Below are positions 1 through 9,658 of a stretch of 64,000 nt of DNA, one piece after another; position 1 is the first letter of the stretch, and each line of letters starts with the position of its first letter. A model generated the notes under the pieces. That model was given only the letters and a program-made list of their open reading frames with translations. It had not been told where the DNA came from and did not search any database. The position numbers and the translations under genes are program-made. The stretch spans positions 124,001 through 188,000 of IMG/VR virus record IMGVR_UViG_3300026518_000006. The stretch is one strand, 5' to 3'.

Positions 1-395
1 TTTTTCTTAAATCCATCTAAAATAGCGTCTGAAATCAATTTTATAGTCGTTAATTCAGGATTAATATTAACTTCCATTGAAACACCTGTATCTGTCCATT
101 TCTGTATTCTTCGTGTAACATTTATCATACTATGAGCACCGTATTGGAATTTCCCTTTATAGTACCAATATCTTGTCTTAATATAGCGTGGCAAAATCGG
201 TACACTAATATCAGCTAAAGTTTGGTAATTTAGTTTGGAGTGTGGGGGTTGCCAAGAAGCAGTAGCCCCCATCAGAATACCGCTTGATGTGTTGTGACTT
301 GCACACCCATTATCTAAGAAGTAATGGTGGTCTACCTCGACTTCAAAATCATAGGTGGGAATGGGGTCTTTTTTTGTTATTTTCTTAATTTTCAT
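1..395 (-). CDS. nrdA: Ribonucleotide reductase alpha subunit, C-terminal fragment (35-aa IntC plus C-extein), runs off the window edge
   Basis: Hand translation from ATG 395: MKIKKITKKDPIPTYDFEVEVDHHYFLDNGCASHN|TSSGILMGATASWQPP. Joined to the upstream ...LLATAPN it restores the NrdA APxxSS motif. ATGA overlap with the upstream stop. Confidence 0.9.
   Translation of the reverse strand, partial: MKIKKITKKDPIPTYDFEVEVDHHYFLDNGCASHNTSSGILMGATASWQPPHSKLNYQTLADISVPILPRYIKTRYWYYKGKFQYGAHSMINVTRRIQKWTDTGVSMEVNINPELTTIKLISDAILDGFKK
291..395 (-). other. Split intein C-half (IntC, 35 aa) of nrdA
   Basis: Block F (TYDFEV..HHYF) and block G (SHN followed by Thr+1). Confidence 0.9.
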
Positions 396-1312
396 AATAA
401 TTCCTTTAATTTATTGATTATATTTTTTAAATCTGAATTTTTGTTTATTCTGATTAATTTGTAGCCTTTTTCTAAGGCAACTTTCTCTTTCGCTTCATCA
501 TTATCGATAATTGATTGTTTATCAATTAGAAAATGGTTTACTCCTATTTCATCCTCATTATAATGATACATATACCCGTCATATTCTATTATAATTTTTT
601 TGTCCAATATTACAAAATCATAATAATATTTTCGGTCTGCTTCAACATAAAACTCTTCCATATCTTTATACCCAAAAGCGACATTCAACCCCATCCCCAA
701 ACAAAACCCCCATATAGGCAATAGAAGCTCAAGAGACTCTTTTGATGCACTCCCTTTTAATTTATTTAAAGGTGTGTATTTCCCATTATAATGTCTCAAT
801 AAAATCTCTTCATCTGATATATCAATATCATATTTTTTTCTAAAATGACTAATTATCATCTTATTGGATTGTTCGAAGTTATTTTTATAATACTTCTCGG
901 TACCTTTTTCGACACCATATCTATCGATATAACCATCTAATGTATTAGCTAATGAAACTTTTTTAGCCTTTTCAAGATATTTTTTAGTTCCTATTTCTTC
1001 ACCATACCTTGAGACGAAAGATTTCAAATCACTTGAAATTTTTCCTTTTAGTTCATTAACTTTTTCAATAGCTTCATCTTCAGAAAGATTATATCTCTCC
1101 ATTTGCTGATTAATATCATATGGATTAAACTTTCTTTTAGATTGTTTAAGGTTAAATTGTTTTCTCCCCTCTACTTCACCTAATCTGTAAATATAACTTT
1201 CTAAACTATGTCCTGTTTTTAATTTTAGTTCATTAACTTTTTCAATAGCTTCATCTTCAGAAAGATTATATCTCTCCATTTGCTGATTAATATCATATGG
1301 ATTAAATCTCAT
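392..1312 (-). mobile_element. Free-standing homing endonuclease, Vsr/DUF559-like PD-(D/E)xK C-terminal domain
   Basis: YYYDF...IIEYDGYMYH...GYKLIRI motif, N-terminal helical repeats, and position between the nrdA IntN and IntC. Confidence 0.75.
1046..1306. repeat. Two identical 84-bp direct repeats (1046-1129 and 1223-1306) inside the endonuclease gene
   Basis: Exact DNA duplication encoding FNPYDINQQMERYNLSEDEAIEKVNELK, period 177 nt. Confidence 0.95.
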
Positions 1313-1342
1313 AGCTAAATCTCCCTATATATTTAATGAGAG

Positions 1343-4300
1343 CTATTGCTTCTCATTGATATTTATAATATCATCACCCTCTTTCAATTCATCACAACGA
1401 ATCCAAATCTCTTCGCCATTTCTATAGACAAGTAATTTGTGATTGTAGGTGAATTCATAAGTATTTCCATCTTCAAATTCAATTTCTATAACAGGTTGTT
1501 TTCCGTTATACCAAATGCGGTTTACTTCACTTTCTCCGTTTAATGTAGGTACTTTTATTGCGTCTATACCTATCCATTGCGGAACATTCAACTCTTCTAT
1601 TTTTCTGTAGTCTATATTTTGTTCTTCAAGAATATCATAAATAGATTTATTGCCGTCTGTTGTTTTCATTTTATTATGACCACTTTGACAGTTTGGTGCA
1701 GTAGCCAATAATAGGAAATTTCTAATCCCTTTTTCTTGAATTTTTTTAGACATTTCAGACCACTTGAAACCATTTAGGCTCTCTTTATCAAGTTGTTTGG
1801 TATTTTTTCCGAACATTTTAGAATAATCGGCTTTATCAAATAAAGGATAAGCACCTTTTTTCTCTGCAAGTTGAACACTTCTCTCATAACAATACCAAGC
1901 GATTTTTTCGTAAACCTTTTCAAGCTCGTCTAAGTCTTCAGGCTTCTCATAAGATAATTTATTATAAGCCATCCAATCACCTGTGCCCAACACTCCAATA
2001 CCAACATTTCTAAGAAGTTTTGATGAATTTTCAGCTTCTTTTACGGGCATTGTTCCTGTTTCAATACTTGCATCCATCATATCAACAGCGTTGTAGCAAA
2101 CTCTCTTCAATAGTTTATCTTCAGGGTCGTTTACAATTAATCCCAAATTGATACTCAAAAGATTACAACTGTGGTATAGCCCATCACTTTCTGTACTCAT
2201 AACTCCATTTTTGTAGCTTTGAACCCACTCGGTAGGTGCTTTAGTAACACTAAACGACTCCGTACAATTCATAGTCATAACACCATTAAACATTAATGTA
2301 TGGTTTTTTGGTTCATTACCACAATAAGTTGCTCCTCTCAACCCTGTTCTATCTATATTTTTAACGGTAACAAATCTAATTGCACTTCTATTATATTCTC
2401 TCATAGTAGGCATAACTCTATAAGCTTTATATCCTAAATCTAATAGTTTGATGCACTCAGAACCTGCAATTAATAATCTATATAGAGGTTTAACCGTGTA
2501 TTCTTTTTTATCAGAAGACCCGTTATTTAGAGGCAATTTTCTTTCGCCTCCATTATGTACTTTTTGTACTTTAGAATTAATACCCATTTCTTGTAAGAAT
2601 AACATTAAATTATTAATGAAAATTTCATTAACAGATGCAAATTGGATGCTTTCACTGCCTTTATCGTTTGTTAGAGTACCATCACTATCCATAATACCTG
2701 CTAACCATTTTAACCGACTTTCTAAAGTGTAATCAGAAGTAGGAATAAAAAATCTATCTTTTAATAATCTTGTGTAACTAATGGTAGTTCTATTTTGGGC
2801 TTCATCTTCATTAAATGAAGTATAACCACTAAAGTTATTCACTAAAGCTCTTTTCTCGTGATACAAATAAATTCTTTGTATTCCATTGTTATCTTGAGAC
2901 CCATCCCCTGAAAAAAACCCATTCTCATAAGCCAAAGGTAGCACCTTGTCCCCACTTAAAACAGGCAAATCGAATTTGGCAAGTCTGTCACCTACACTCA
3001 ATTCTTCAGTTCTCTTAATAATTGGAGCTTTTCTGCTGTCATCCTGTACGACTAACCAACGGTGCGCTAATGTGGCATTTATCGTTTGATTATTTGATAA
3101 AGAAACTGTGACTAATTCATCATCATCACTTGTTTTGAAAAGCTCACTCATAGACCATTCGGTACCGTTCCATACTTCAATAGTTTGACCCGATACAGAT
3201 TCAATGTCCACATAACCTTGTTTGGTAAGAATTTTGGTATCACCTGATACACAAAGGTTGGCACTATTAGCGATTAAATCTTCACCTTTCAGGTAGTTAC
3301 ATAGATTTAGATTGTCTTTATGTGTAATATAAAAGTCGCCTGTTTCAACCCAAATTCTCAGAAACTCTTTCCAAAGTGCTTTTGCATTTTCCTTTTTGCA
3401 GTTTGTTAGTGTGCCTTTTTCGCATAAATCATAGATGGTTTCTTGTGCTTTATACAGCTCTTCATCAATCAAAGAAACAATATCAATCCCTGTTTTTGTT
3501 TTCACTTCATAACTATCAAAGAGATATACATCTTTGTTTTTTAAAACAGCATCCACAAAATAATCATCCACTACTACTTGTGGGAACAAGTCAAAACACT
3601 TATTTCTCAAGTCACCTTGTGTTTCGGATTTCATTTCAATAAAGCTATGAATATCACCGTGCCACCAATCCAAAGCAGGAGTAATAGCACCTTTTCGGAT
3701 TCCTCTTTGGTTTACCGCTACTGCAATATCATTGATTATTTTAGCCCATCTGATGATATTGTTGGCATTTGGGATATTGTCTGAGTACGAACCTTCAGGT
3801 CTTAAACCACCTAAATAAACTCCAATTCCGCCACCCTCTTTGGAGATTTTAGCCATATCCTGCCAAGTTTTTGTAATACTCTCAATATTGTCTAAGGTAG
3901 GAACAATAAAACAGCTACCTACATTACCACCTTCTCTTCTGAGATTTGATTTAAATGGTGTTGCTAATGAGATATACATTCTCTGTAGCATAGTGAAATA
4001 TTCTTTTGTCTTTTTAACTCTTTCACTTTCATCTTCAATGCCACCTAAAATCATAGACGAAGCCATATCAGAAAATTGAGGGTATTCAATAACTCCTCTT
4101 GAATTTTTTAGAATATACTTTGAGCGAAGACTTAACACCTGAGCAATATTCATATCAAAGTCGTACTTCGGGTTAATAGCCTTTTTGATTGTCTTTATAT
4201 CCTCTTCTGAAAAAGGCTTCATAATATCTTTTCTGTAATGATTTGTTCTGACCGCATATTTAATATACTCATCAAATTGGTCATATTCAAATTTTGTATT

Positions 4301-4573
4301 TTTATATACTTGTCTATGGAGTTGGTACATTGATAATCTACCTGCGACAATAGACATCTCAGGATGGTCTTGGTCTATCATTGATGTAGCTGTAGAAACT
4401 AATAAATCTTGAATATCAGAGGTTTTCATATTGTTTTTAAAATTCAGCGTTAGCTTTGCTTCCAACTCAAGTTGATTTTCTTTTAATCCTGTGTATGCGA
4501 ATTCAAGTTGTTTTTTAATTTTACTATTATCAAACGGTTTTTTTGAACCATCTCTTTTAATTACTGTTTTCAT
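1343..4573 (-). CDS. nrdA: Class Ia ribonucleotide reductase alpha subunit, N-terminal fragment with ATP cone, cis intein and terminal IntN
   Basis: ATP-cone start (VIKRDG), GSCF, ANL|C..N|CTE, GIGVLG, LLATAPN. Confidence 0.95.
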   Translation of the reverse strand: MKTVIKRDGSKKPFDNSKIKKQLEFAYTGLKENQLELEAKLTLNFKNNMKTSDIQDLLVSTATSMIDQDHPEMSIVAGRLSMYQLHRQVYKNTKFEYDQFDEYIKYAVRTNHYRKDIMKPFSEEDIKTIKKAINPKYDFDMNIAQVLSLRSKYILKNSRGVIEYPQFSDMASSMILGGIEDESERVKKTKEYFTMLQRMYISLATPFKSNLRREGGNVGSCFIVPTLDNIESITKTWQDMAKISKEGGGIGVYLGGLRPEGSYSDNIPNANNIIRWAKIINDIAVAVNQRGIRKGAITPALDWWHGDIHSFIEMKSETQGDLRNKCFDLFPQVVVDDYFVDAVLKNKDVYLFDSYEVKTKTGIDIVSLIDEELYKAQETIYDLCEKGTLTNCKKENAKALWKEFLRIWVETGDFYITHKDNLNLCNYLKGEDLIANSANLCVSGDTKILTKQGYVDIESVSGQTIEVWNGTEWSMSELFKTSDDDELVTVSLSNNQTINATLAHRWLVVQDDSRKAPIIKRTEELSVGDRLAKFDLPVLSGDKVLPLAYENGFFSGDGSQDNNGIQRIYLYHEKRALVNNFSGYTSFNEDEAQNRTTISYTRLLKDRFFIPTSDYTLESRLKWLAGIMDSDGTLTNDKGSESIQFASVNEIFINNLMLFLQEMGINSKVQKVHNGGERKLPLNNGSSDKKEYTVKPLYRLLIAGSECIKLLDLGYKAYRVMPTMREYNRSAIRFVTVKNIDRTGLRGATYCGNEPKNHTLMFNGVMTMNCTESFSVTKAPTEWVQSYKNGVMSTESDGLYHSCNLLSINLGLIVNDPEDKLLKRVCYNAVDMMDASIETGTMPVKEAENSSKLLRNVGIGVLGTGDWMAYNKLSYEKPEDLDELEKVYEKIAWYCYERSVQLAEKKGAYPLFDKADYSKMFGKNTKQLDKESLNGFKWSEMSKKIQEKGIRNFLLLATAPNCQSGHNKMKTTDGNKSIYDILEEQNIDYRKIEELNVPQWIGIDAIKVPTLNGESEVNRIWYNGKQPVIEIEFEDGNTYEFTYNHKLLVYRNGEEIWIRCDELKEGDDIININEKQ
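1346..1690 (-). other. Split intein N-half (IntN, 115 aa) of nrdA
   Basis: Starts CQSG after APN, block B FTYNHKLL, ends at the stop codon with no block F or G. Confidence 0.88.
2267..3253 (-). mobile_element. Cis-splicing intein (329 aa) with LAGLIDADG endonuclease, at the thiyl-radical Cys of NrdA
   Basis: CVSGDTKIL start, ATLAHRW block B, GFFSGDG and LAGIMDSDG motifs, ends NGVMTMN|C. Confidence 0.93.
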
Positions 4574-4670
4574 ATAGCCTCTTTAGTTAAGTATTTTGAT
4601 TGTATTATATAGTGGTAATTTGAAGCAAGTCTTAAAACCTATACTTTAGTACATCAAAAAGAAAGAAAAC

Positions 4671-5360
4671 CTAAACCTTTTTTAATCTGTCTACTATTAT
4701 ATTATCCATTTTGATTTTATTGTACTTCTTCATCTCATCAAAATATATATTTATTTTTTCTTTTTCAGCGGGATTGTCTATATTAGTGTATATCTCTTTT
4801 AATATATTATATTTTTCTTCCAATTTTTTATCATACTGCATCATAAAATACATAAAACTATAGCTCGTTTTCTTTTCCAGTAAAAATTTTTCTATTCTTT
4901 CTCTTAATTCAAGCGGAGTATTTTTTGAGCCGTACTCTCCGAATATATAATTTAACAGTATAGCACTATCACTGACATATCTCTTAGGTTTAGTTAGAAA
5001 GTATTCTATGTCTTTAGTGAGCTGTGTTTTTTCTTCTTCTGTGAGTTTATCTTGATTTCTTGTTTTGATGTTCATAGTCATCTCAAACACTGCATTTGGG
5101 TACAACTTCTCTATTTGTTCTTTGTGTTCTTCTATGAATTTCAGAGCATCTTCGTAGGTATTTCTTGCCTGTTCTACAACATATTCGATAGTGAAATTTT
5201 CTTTTAGCTCTTCAGTTTCGTGGTTACACTTGTTGTCAAAAGGATTAAATGGGTTGTGAATACCTATTTTTTTAAGAAAACAGTCATATTTGGCTATCAG
5301 TGGTTTAAAAGGAGTTAATAAAAATTTTGTAATTTGTATAATCTGTTCAAGCATAATCAC
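4671..5360 (-). CDS. Hypothetical protein
   Basis: 229-aa ORF on the coding strand. Confidence 0.6.
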   Translation of the reverse strand: MIMLEQIIQITKFLLTPFKPLIAKYDCFLKKIGIHNPFNPFDNKCNHETEELKENFTIEYVVEQARNTYEDALKFIEEHKEQIEKLYPNAVFEMTMNIKTRNQDKLTEEEKTQLTKDIEYFLTKPKRYVSDSAILLNYIFGEYGSKNTPLELRERIEKFLLEKKTSYSFMYFMMQYDKKLEEKYNILKEIYTNIDNPAEKEKINIYFDEMKKYNKIKMDNIIVDRLKKV

Positions 5361-5392
5361 TCTGTTTTTGATTACTTATAAAAGTTAGAAAT

Positions 5393-5408
5393 GGGTGCCG
5401 AAGCACCC
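5393..5408 (-). terminator. Intrinsic terminator with UUCG tetraloop
   Basis: GGGUGC-UUCG-GCACCC followed by a U-rich tract after the SPFH gene. Confidence 0.75.
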
Positions 5409-5419
5409 CAAACTAACCT

Positions 5420-6802
5420 TTACAGGTCATTCATTAATTTAAGGTTTGCTAAATCTTCAAGGGTTGTTTTTCCTTTGGAATCTACACCATTGTTGATGAT
5501 GACTTTATCAGGCATTTGAACAAGACCTTTTCCGTTTTTCATAGCCTCATATTTAGCTAAGTTCGTGATTTTCTTAACCTCAAGCTCCAAAATATCTTTA
5601 CGAACAGCTTCATATTTAGCTTTTTTGATTTGCGCTTCAGCAAGTCCGATATGTAGTTTGGCTTCAGCTTGATATTTAGTCGCAATTTCATTTGCCTTTT
5701 GAATAGCTTGGTTGTCTTTGGCAATCTGAAGCTCTTTCTTTTTATCAATAACCGCAAGTTTAGCCAATTTTTGTCGGTCTACAATCTCCTTTTCAGCTTT
5801 TAGTTTTGCTACTTTGACCTCTTTTTTACGCTCAATGATTTCAGCATCCGCTTTGATAAGTCTTTCTTGTTCTGCCTTTTCACGCATAGCTTGACCTTTT
5901 AGTTTAGCGGTCTTGATGTCTTCTTTTGCGTTATCTTGCTCTTGTACACTCAAGATTTTTTTAGCAACTGCTGACTTTTTAGCCACAAGAAGCTTTTCAA
6001 GAAGTGGCTCAGGAATAGGGTCAGCAAGATTTACCTGAAGTACCTTAATGCCATATTTTTCGAAAGGATTTGATGTTCTGATGATTTTGCCGTCCTTATC
6101 ACGCTTTGGCACAGCTTTCCATACCGTTACAGCTTGCTCTACAGGTTTTCCTGTAGTTTTGTCAACACCAATATCAAGTCGCCCTTTTGTAGCTTGTTCA
6201 ACCACTACTCTCTTACGCTCAGTTACATAAACGCCATTATTAACTTGGTCTTCGATTGCAGATTTAAGACCGTTTAAACCACCTTGAGTTACTTCTTCAG
6301 CTGTAAATTGTTGAGCAGTGTTGGTCGCAACATCAATCATTGTTTTTTGGTAAAGTGAATTTACCAAGTTTCTATATGAGCGAAATGATTTATCAACCAT
6401 CAAAATATGCTCGTCATCGGTAGGAAGCACAAATCTTGCTGTTAGTGGAAGTTTTGCTTCGTATGTATCTGCAAATCTAATATCGATAGGTGTATTGACC
6501 GATGTAAATTTCCCTTTATCGCCACCGTCATTTGTAAACGCTACAGTAGTATCATCCTTATAAGTTCTTTCTGTACCAATCAGAATTGGACTAAAATACC
6601 AATCAGGACCGTGATATACTGTTGTTGTACCTGTAGCTTTGTTTTGATAAACATCTGTATACCCTAGTTCTACGGTACGAAACATCGATGACACTATCAG
6701 CACCGCTATTACACTCAATATACCGTAAATACTATACTTGATGTATTTTTTAAGCGATGATAGCTTTCCTTGTGTTCTACTGTTGTTTAGAATTTCTTCC
6801 AT
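5420..6802 (-). CDS. SPFH/band-7 (prohibitin-like) membrane protein
   Basis: N-terminal TM helix, V..GY..V.Q motif, YGIKVLQVNL, long Ala/Lys/Glu coiled coil. Confidence 0.8.
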   Translation of the reverse strand: MEEILNNSRTQGKLSSLKKYIKYSIYGILSVIAVLIVSSMFRTVELGYTDVYQNKATGTTTVYHGPDWYFSPILIGTERTYKDDTTVAFTNDGGDKGKFTSVNTPIDIRFADTYEAKLPLTARFVLPTDDEHILMVDKSFRSYRNLVNSLYQKTMIDVATNTAQQFTAEEVTQGGLNGLKSAIEDQVNNGVYVTERKRVVVEQATKGRLDIGVDKTTGKPVEQAVTVWKAVPKRDKDGKIIRTSNPFEKYGIKVLQVNLADPIPEPLLEKLLVAKKSAVAKKILSVQEQDNAKEDIKTAKLKGQAMREKAEQERLIKADAEIIERKKEVKVAKLKAEKEIVDRQKLAKLAVIDKKKELQIAKDNQAIQKANEIATKYQAEAKLHIGLAEAQIKKAKYEAVRKDILELEVKKITNLAKYEAMKNGKGLVQMPDKVIINNGVDSKGKTTLEDLANLKLMNDL

Positions 6803-6826
6803 TAGTTTTTTCCTTTGATTTTATCG

Positions 6827-7124
6827 GTACTATATGTACTCATAGAGATGTGACAGCAGAGCGGTACAGTAAACTCACCGACAAGTATAAAACCGTTTCC
6901 CCCTGATTTTATCTATCTTTAAACTTTAAGTCTTGACCTTTAAAATTTTAAACTTTAAGCTTTGAACTTTGAACTTTCATCTTTAAGCTTTAAAGGTTGG
7001 CACATCGCCTATTATTCCTATTTGCTGTAGAATGGATTCAAGTCCATAGATAAGTTCATAATATAGCTTATGAGGGCTGTCGATGTCTTATGTTTCGTCA
7101 CACCTCTATGAGTACATATAGTAC
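6827..7124 (-). ncRNA. Candidate structured RNA with a 28-bp closing stem and an AAAG heptad array
   Basis: Arms 7097-7124 and 6827-6854 pair fully on the minus strand with one G-U pair. Internal hairpins are present, and AAAG repeats at a 7-nt period. Confidence 0.6.
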
Positions 7125-7134
7125 TCTTAGAAGC

Positions 7135-7743
7135 TTATAGCTTGATAGTAGTCGTAGCGTTTGATGTACTTAGTACATAATCGACTTCGTTTTGAAACTC
7201 CATAATCTCGTTTTCAAGGTTATTGATGTATTCACCTAAATTGATTTTATCAAGAAGTTCAGGAGTTCTGAGTTTTAGGTATGTTTCTGTGAAATCTTTG
7301 ATTTTATTCTTGTCCTCAATTCCCTTGAGTTGGTCATCAAGAGCTTCTTGAATCTCATTTTTCAACATTTCAACTTCATTATTAGCACTAGCAAAGTCGT
7401 GCGACAATTTTTGCAGAAGTTGGTCTTTATAATCCATTGTGTCTTTGGTTATAATGGCTTCCGCAACTGTATACTTCTTTCCGCCAATCACCACTTTTGT
7501 TTTCATATTAGAAGCGTTTATGGCACCTTTAATTTTTTCTCTTTGAGCAATGAGGTCTTCAACAGACTGTAAAGAAGATTTAGCCTCATCGGGGTCAAAA
7601 TTTCTTCGTGGTTTACCTGCTACTTGCACACCAACAAAAACATTTTGTCTGATTTTTTTGTTGATTTTTTTGTCAAGAAGTTTAAGTTCATTTAGAGCTT
7701 GTGCGACAGTGATTTCTTTTTCTTTAGTCTTTGATTTACTCAT
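7135..7743 (-). CDS. Coiled-coil protein, possibly DIP1984-like
   Basis: ITVAQALNELKLLDKKI ... EVDYVLSTSNATT pattern. Start set at 7743 from the RBS AAAGGA and a -10 box at 7775-7780. Confidence 0.6.
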   Translation of the reverse strand: MSKSKTKEKEITVAQALNELKLLDKKINKKIRQNVFVGVQVAGKPRRNFDPDEAKSSLQSVEDLIAQREKIKGAINASNMKTKVVIGGKKYTVAEAIITKDTMDYKDQLLQKLSHDFASANNEVEMLKNEIQEALDDQLKGIEDKNKIKDFTETYLKLRTPELLDKINLGEYINNLENEIMEFQNEVDYVLSTSNATTTIKL

Positions 7744-7906
7744 AAAAAGTTCCTTTGTTTTGTTTATAACAGACATTATACAAAATAAAAGCTTTCATAC
7801 AGCTTAATACAACTTACTTTAGAAGTTTTTAGTTCCAACCAATGACTATATCCTATATCAAGGACACCACCACTAAACTTCCACATATTTAAACCTGAAA
7901 CTACTT

Positions 7907-8326
7907 TTAGGCAATCTTTCTTGCACAATTCTTCGAATTGTTTTTTTGTGATTTATATTTATCTATAGATTGTCTTATGATATTCCCACCAACCATATGC
8001 AACAAATAAAAGACACCAAGTACATTATAACCAAAATATACTAGTGTAAATAAAACAATACCGTCAAAAACATTATCTAATGTTTTTGGAACACCACCAA
8101 ACTCAAAATCTTCATCTTCTTCGATAATTTTTTTACTTAGGTAATCACCAAAGAAAATAAATAATGTTCCGATAAGTGAAATAGTCCAATAGAAAAATAT
8201 TGCGATATTATTCAAACCGTTGATGTTATATACTTCGCTGATTAAAAAAATCACAAATATTCCTATATTAACAATAATCCATTTTGCGCTTTTTAGTTGT
8301 TTTTTCGTAAAACTCGGTGCCTTCAT
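7907..8326 (-). CDS. Hypothetical membrane protein
   Basis: Several hydrophobic segments. Confidence 0.6.
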   Translation of the reverse strand: MKAPSFTKKQLKSAKWIIVNIGIFVIFLISEVYNINGLNNIAIFFYWTISLIGTLFIFFGDYLSKKIIEEDEDFEFGGVPKTLDNVFDGIVLFTLVYFGYNVLGVFYLLHMVGGNIIRQSIDKYKSQKNNSKNCARKIA

Positions 8327-8598
8327 TATTTAACTCCTGCTTTGATACTGTTTTCACAATCTTTTAATGTTTTTGTGTGGTAGATTGTTTGGATTACCTT
8401 ATACATAAAAGGTTTATCAACAATCTCCCAACAACAATCATCGAACTGATACTTGTGGTCTCTTCTGATGTTTTTATTCGCTCTCATTTTACCTAAAAAC
8501 TTGAATACATAAACATCTTTTTTGCCTCTTGATGTATTGTGCAAAATTTTACCGTTATTATACGCTTCTACAATTTCAGGCTGTGTTAATTTTTTCAT
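8326..8598 (-). CDS. Hypothetical protein
   Basis: ORF coupled to its neighbours. Confidence 0.55.
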   Translation of the reverse strand: MKKLTQPEIVEAYNNGKILHNTSRGKKDVYVFKFLGKMRANKNIRRDHKYQFDDCCWEIVDKPFMYKVIQTIYHTKTLKDCENSIKAGVK

Positions 8599-8624
8599 TA
8601 TTTCTCCTATTATAATTTAGACTA

Positions 8625-8912
8625 TTATATCAAATATTCTTGGTTTTTGTCAAGATATTTTTTGATATGCCATTTTTCCATAAAAAATAAAAATGAACCC
8701 AAAGGGATAACAATAATCCAAAAATAAGATTCAATTTCATCCAACATCTCAAGCATAAAGTCGCTATAAGTTGTATTTTGTGCTAATTTTAATTCATCGA
8801 TTATATACTTTTTATCAGTCCCCCACTCATCAAAAATATCATACTTAATAAACCCAAAAATATTAAATGAAGTAAAATTATTTATCAAAGACTCTGCTCT
8901 ATTTTTAATCAT
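8625..8912 (-). CDS. Hypothetical membrane protein with C-terminal tag QEYLI
   Basis: ORF, one TM segment, terminal motif. Confidence 0.6.
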   Translation of the reverse strand: MIKNRAESLINNFTSFNIFGFIKYDIFDEWGTDKKYIIDELKLAQNTTYSDFMLEMLDEIESYFWIIVIPLGSFLFFMEKWHIKKYLDKNQEYLI

Positions 8913-8921
8913 TATAGTCCT

Positions 8922-9413
8922 TTATTTTATTATAGATATTTTTTTGGTTGGTGATTGTGATAATTTTGTATTATAGTATTCTATTTTAATATCTACAGTA
9001 TCTTTTTTTATAACCGAAATATCATCGTCAGATACAACATATAAAACCTCTTTTGTTTTTGGGTCAAAAACATAAAATTTTAAAATATTATCCTGTTTTT
9101 TATATGTGAAGGGTAGATTTTTAATTGTTATGGGCTCTTTATTTACAGGGGTAAACACTGTATAGTTTATAATAGATACTCCAAAAAACCCCAATATAAA
9201 ATAAAACCTAGCCATATTAGCCGTAAGCCCTTCAGAATCTGTTCTGTGTAGAACAATTACTAAAGATAAAATTAACAGCCCTATTAAAAAAATACCAATA
9301 TCAAAGTCAAAAAAAGAATACACTACCAATACAATAGTAGAGAAGATAAAAAATACCCCTCTCTCTTTAAAAAATAGTAGCCATAAATTTTTCTTATAAC
9401 TTATCCTGTTCAT
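8922..9413 (-). CDS. Hypothetical membrane protein
   Basis: Three hydrophobic segments. Confidence 0.6.
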   Translation of the reverse strand: MNRISYKKNLWLLFFKERGVFFIFSTIVLVVYSFFDFDIGIFLIGLLILSLVIVLHRTDSEGLTANMARFYFILGFFGVSIINYTVFTPVNKEPITIKNLPFTYKKQDNILKFYVFDPKTKEVLYVVSDDDISVIKKDTVDIKIEYYNTKLSQSPTKKISIIK

Positions 9414-9652
9414 TTTACTTTCCTTGTTTGGGGATATTTAATATGAATCCAATTGAAAAATCTTCTTACAAAATAACTTCTCACAAAAGAAACAGCTGTG
9501 AAAATTACCGCTATTTGCGTGTTTCCTGCTACACCGAAATCTACATCATACATAGCAAATACTATAGGTTGTACGACAAATATAGACAACAACAGCCCAA
9601 ATATAAGCCCGAATGTTATCTCGATTATTGACCATTTTTTAGTTTGCACCAT
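9410..9652 (-). CDS. Small two-TM phage membrane protein
   Basis: SIIE...G....Q...F...FT.VS..RSY..RR.FN pattern, which I recall from small phage membrane proteins. Confidence 0.65.
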   Translation of the reverse strand: MVQTKKWSIIEITFGLIFGLLLSIFVVQPIVFAMYDVDFGVAGNTQIAVIFTAVSFVRSYFVRRFFNWIHIKYPQTRKVK

Positions 9653-9658
9653 AACCCC

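Noticed and set aside
6917-6995. CRISPR or TIGR-like guide array in the heptad tract
   Set aside because: Units are 7 nt with no spacer-length unique sequence, and there is no effector gene nearby.
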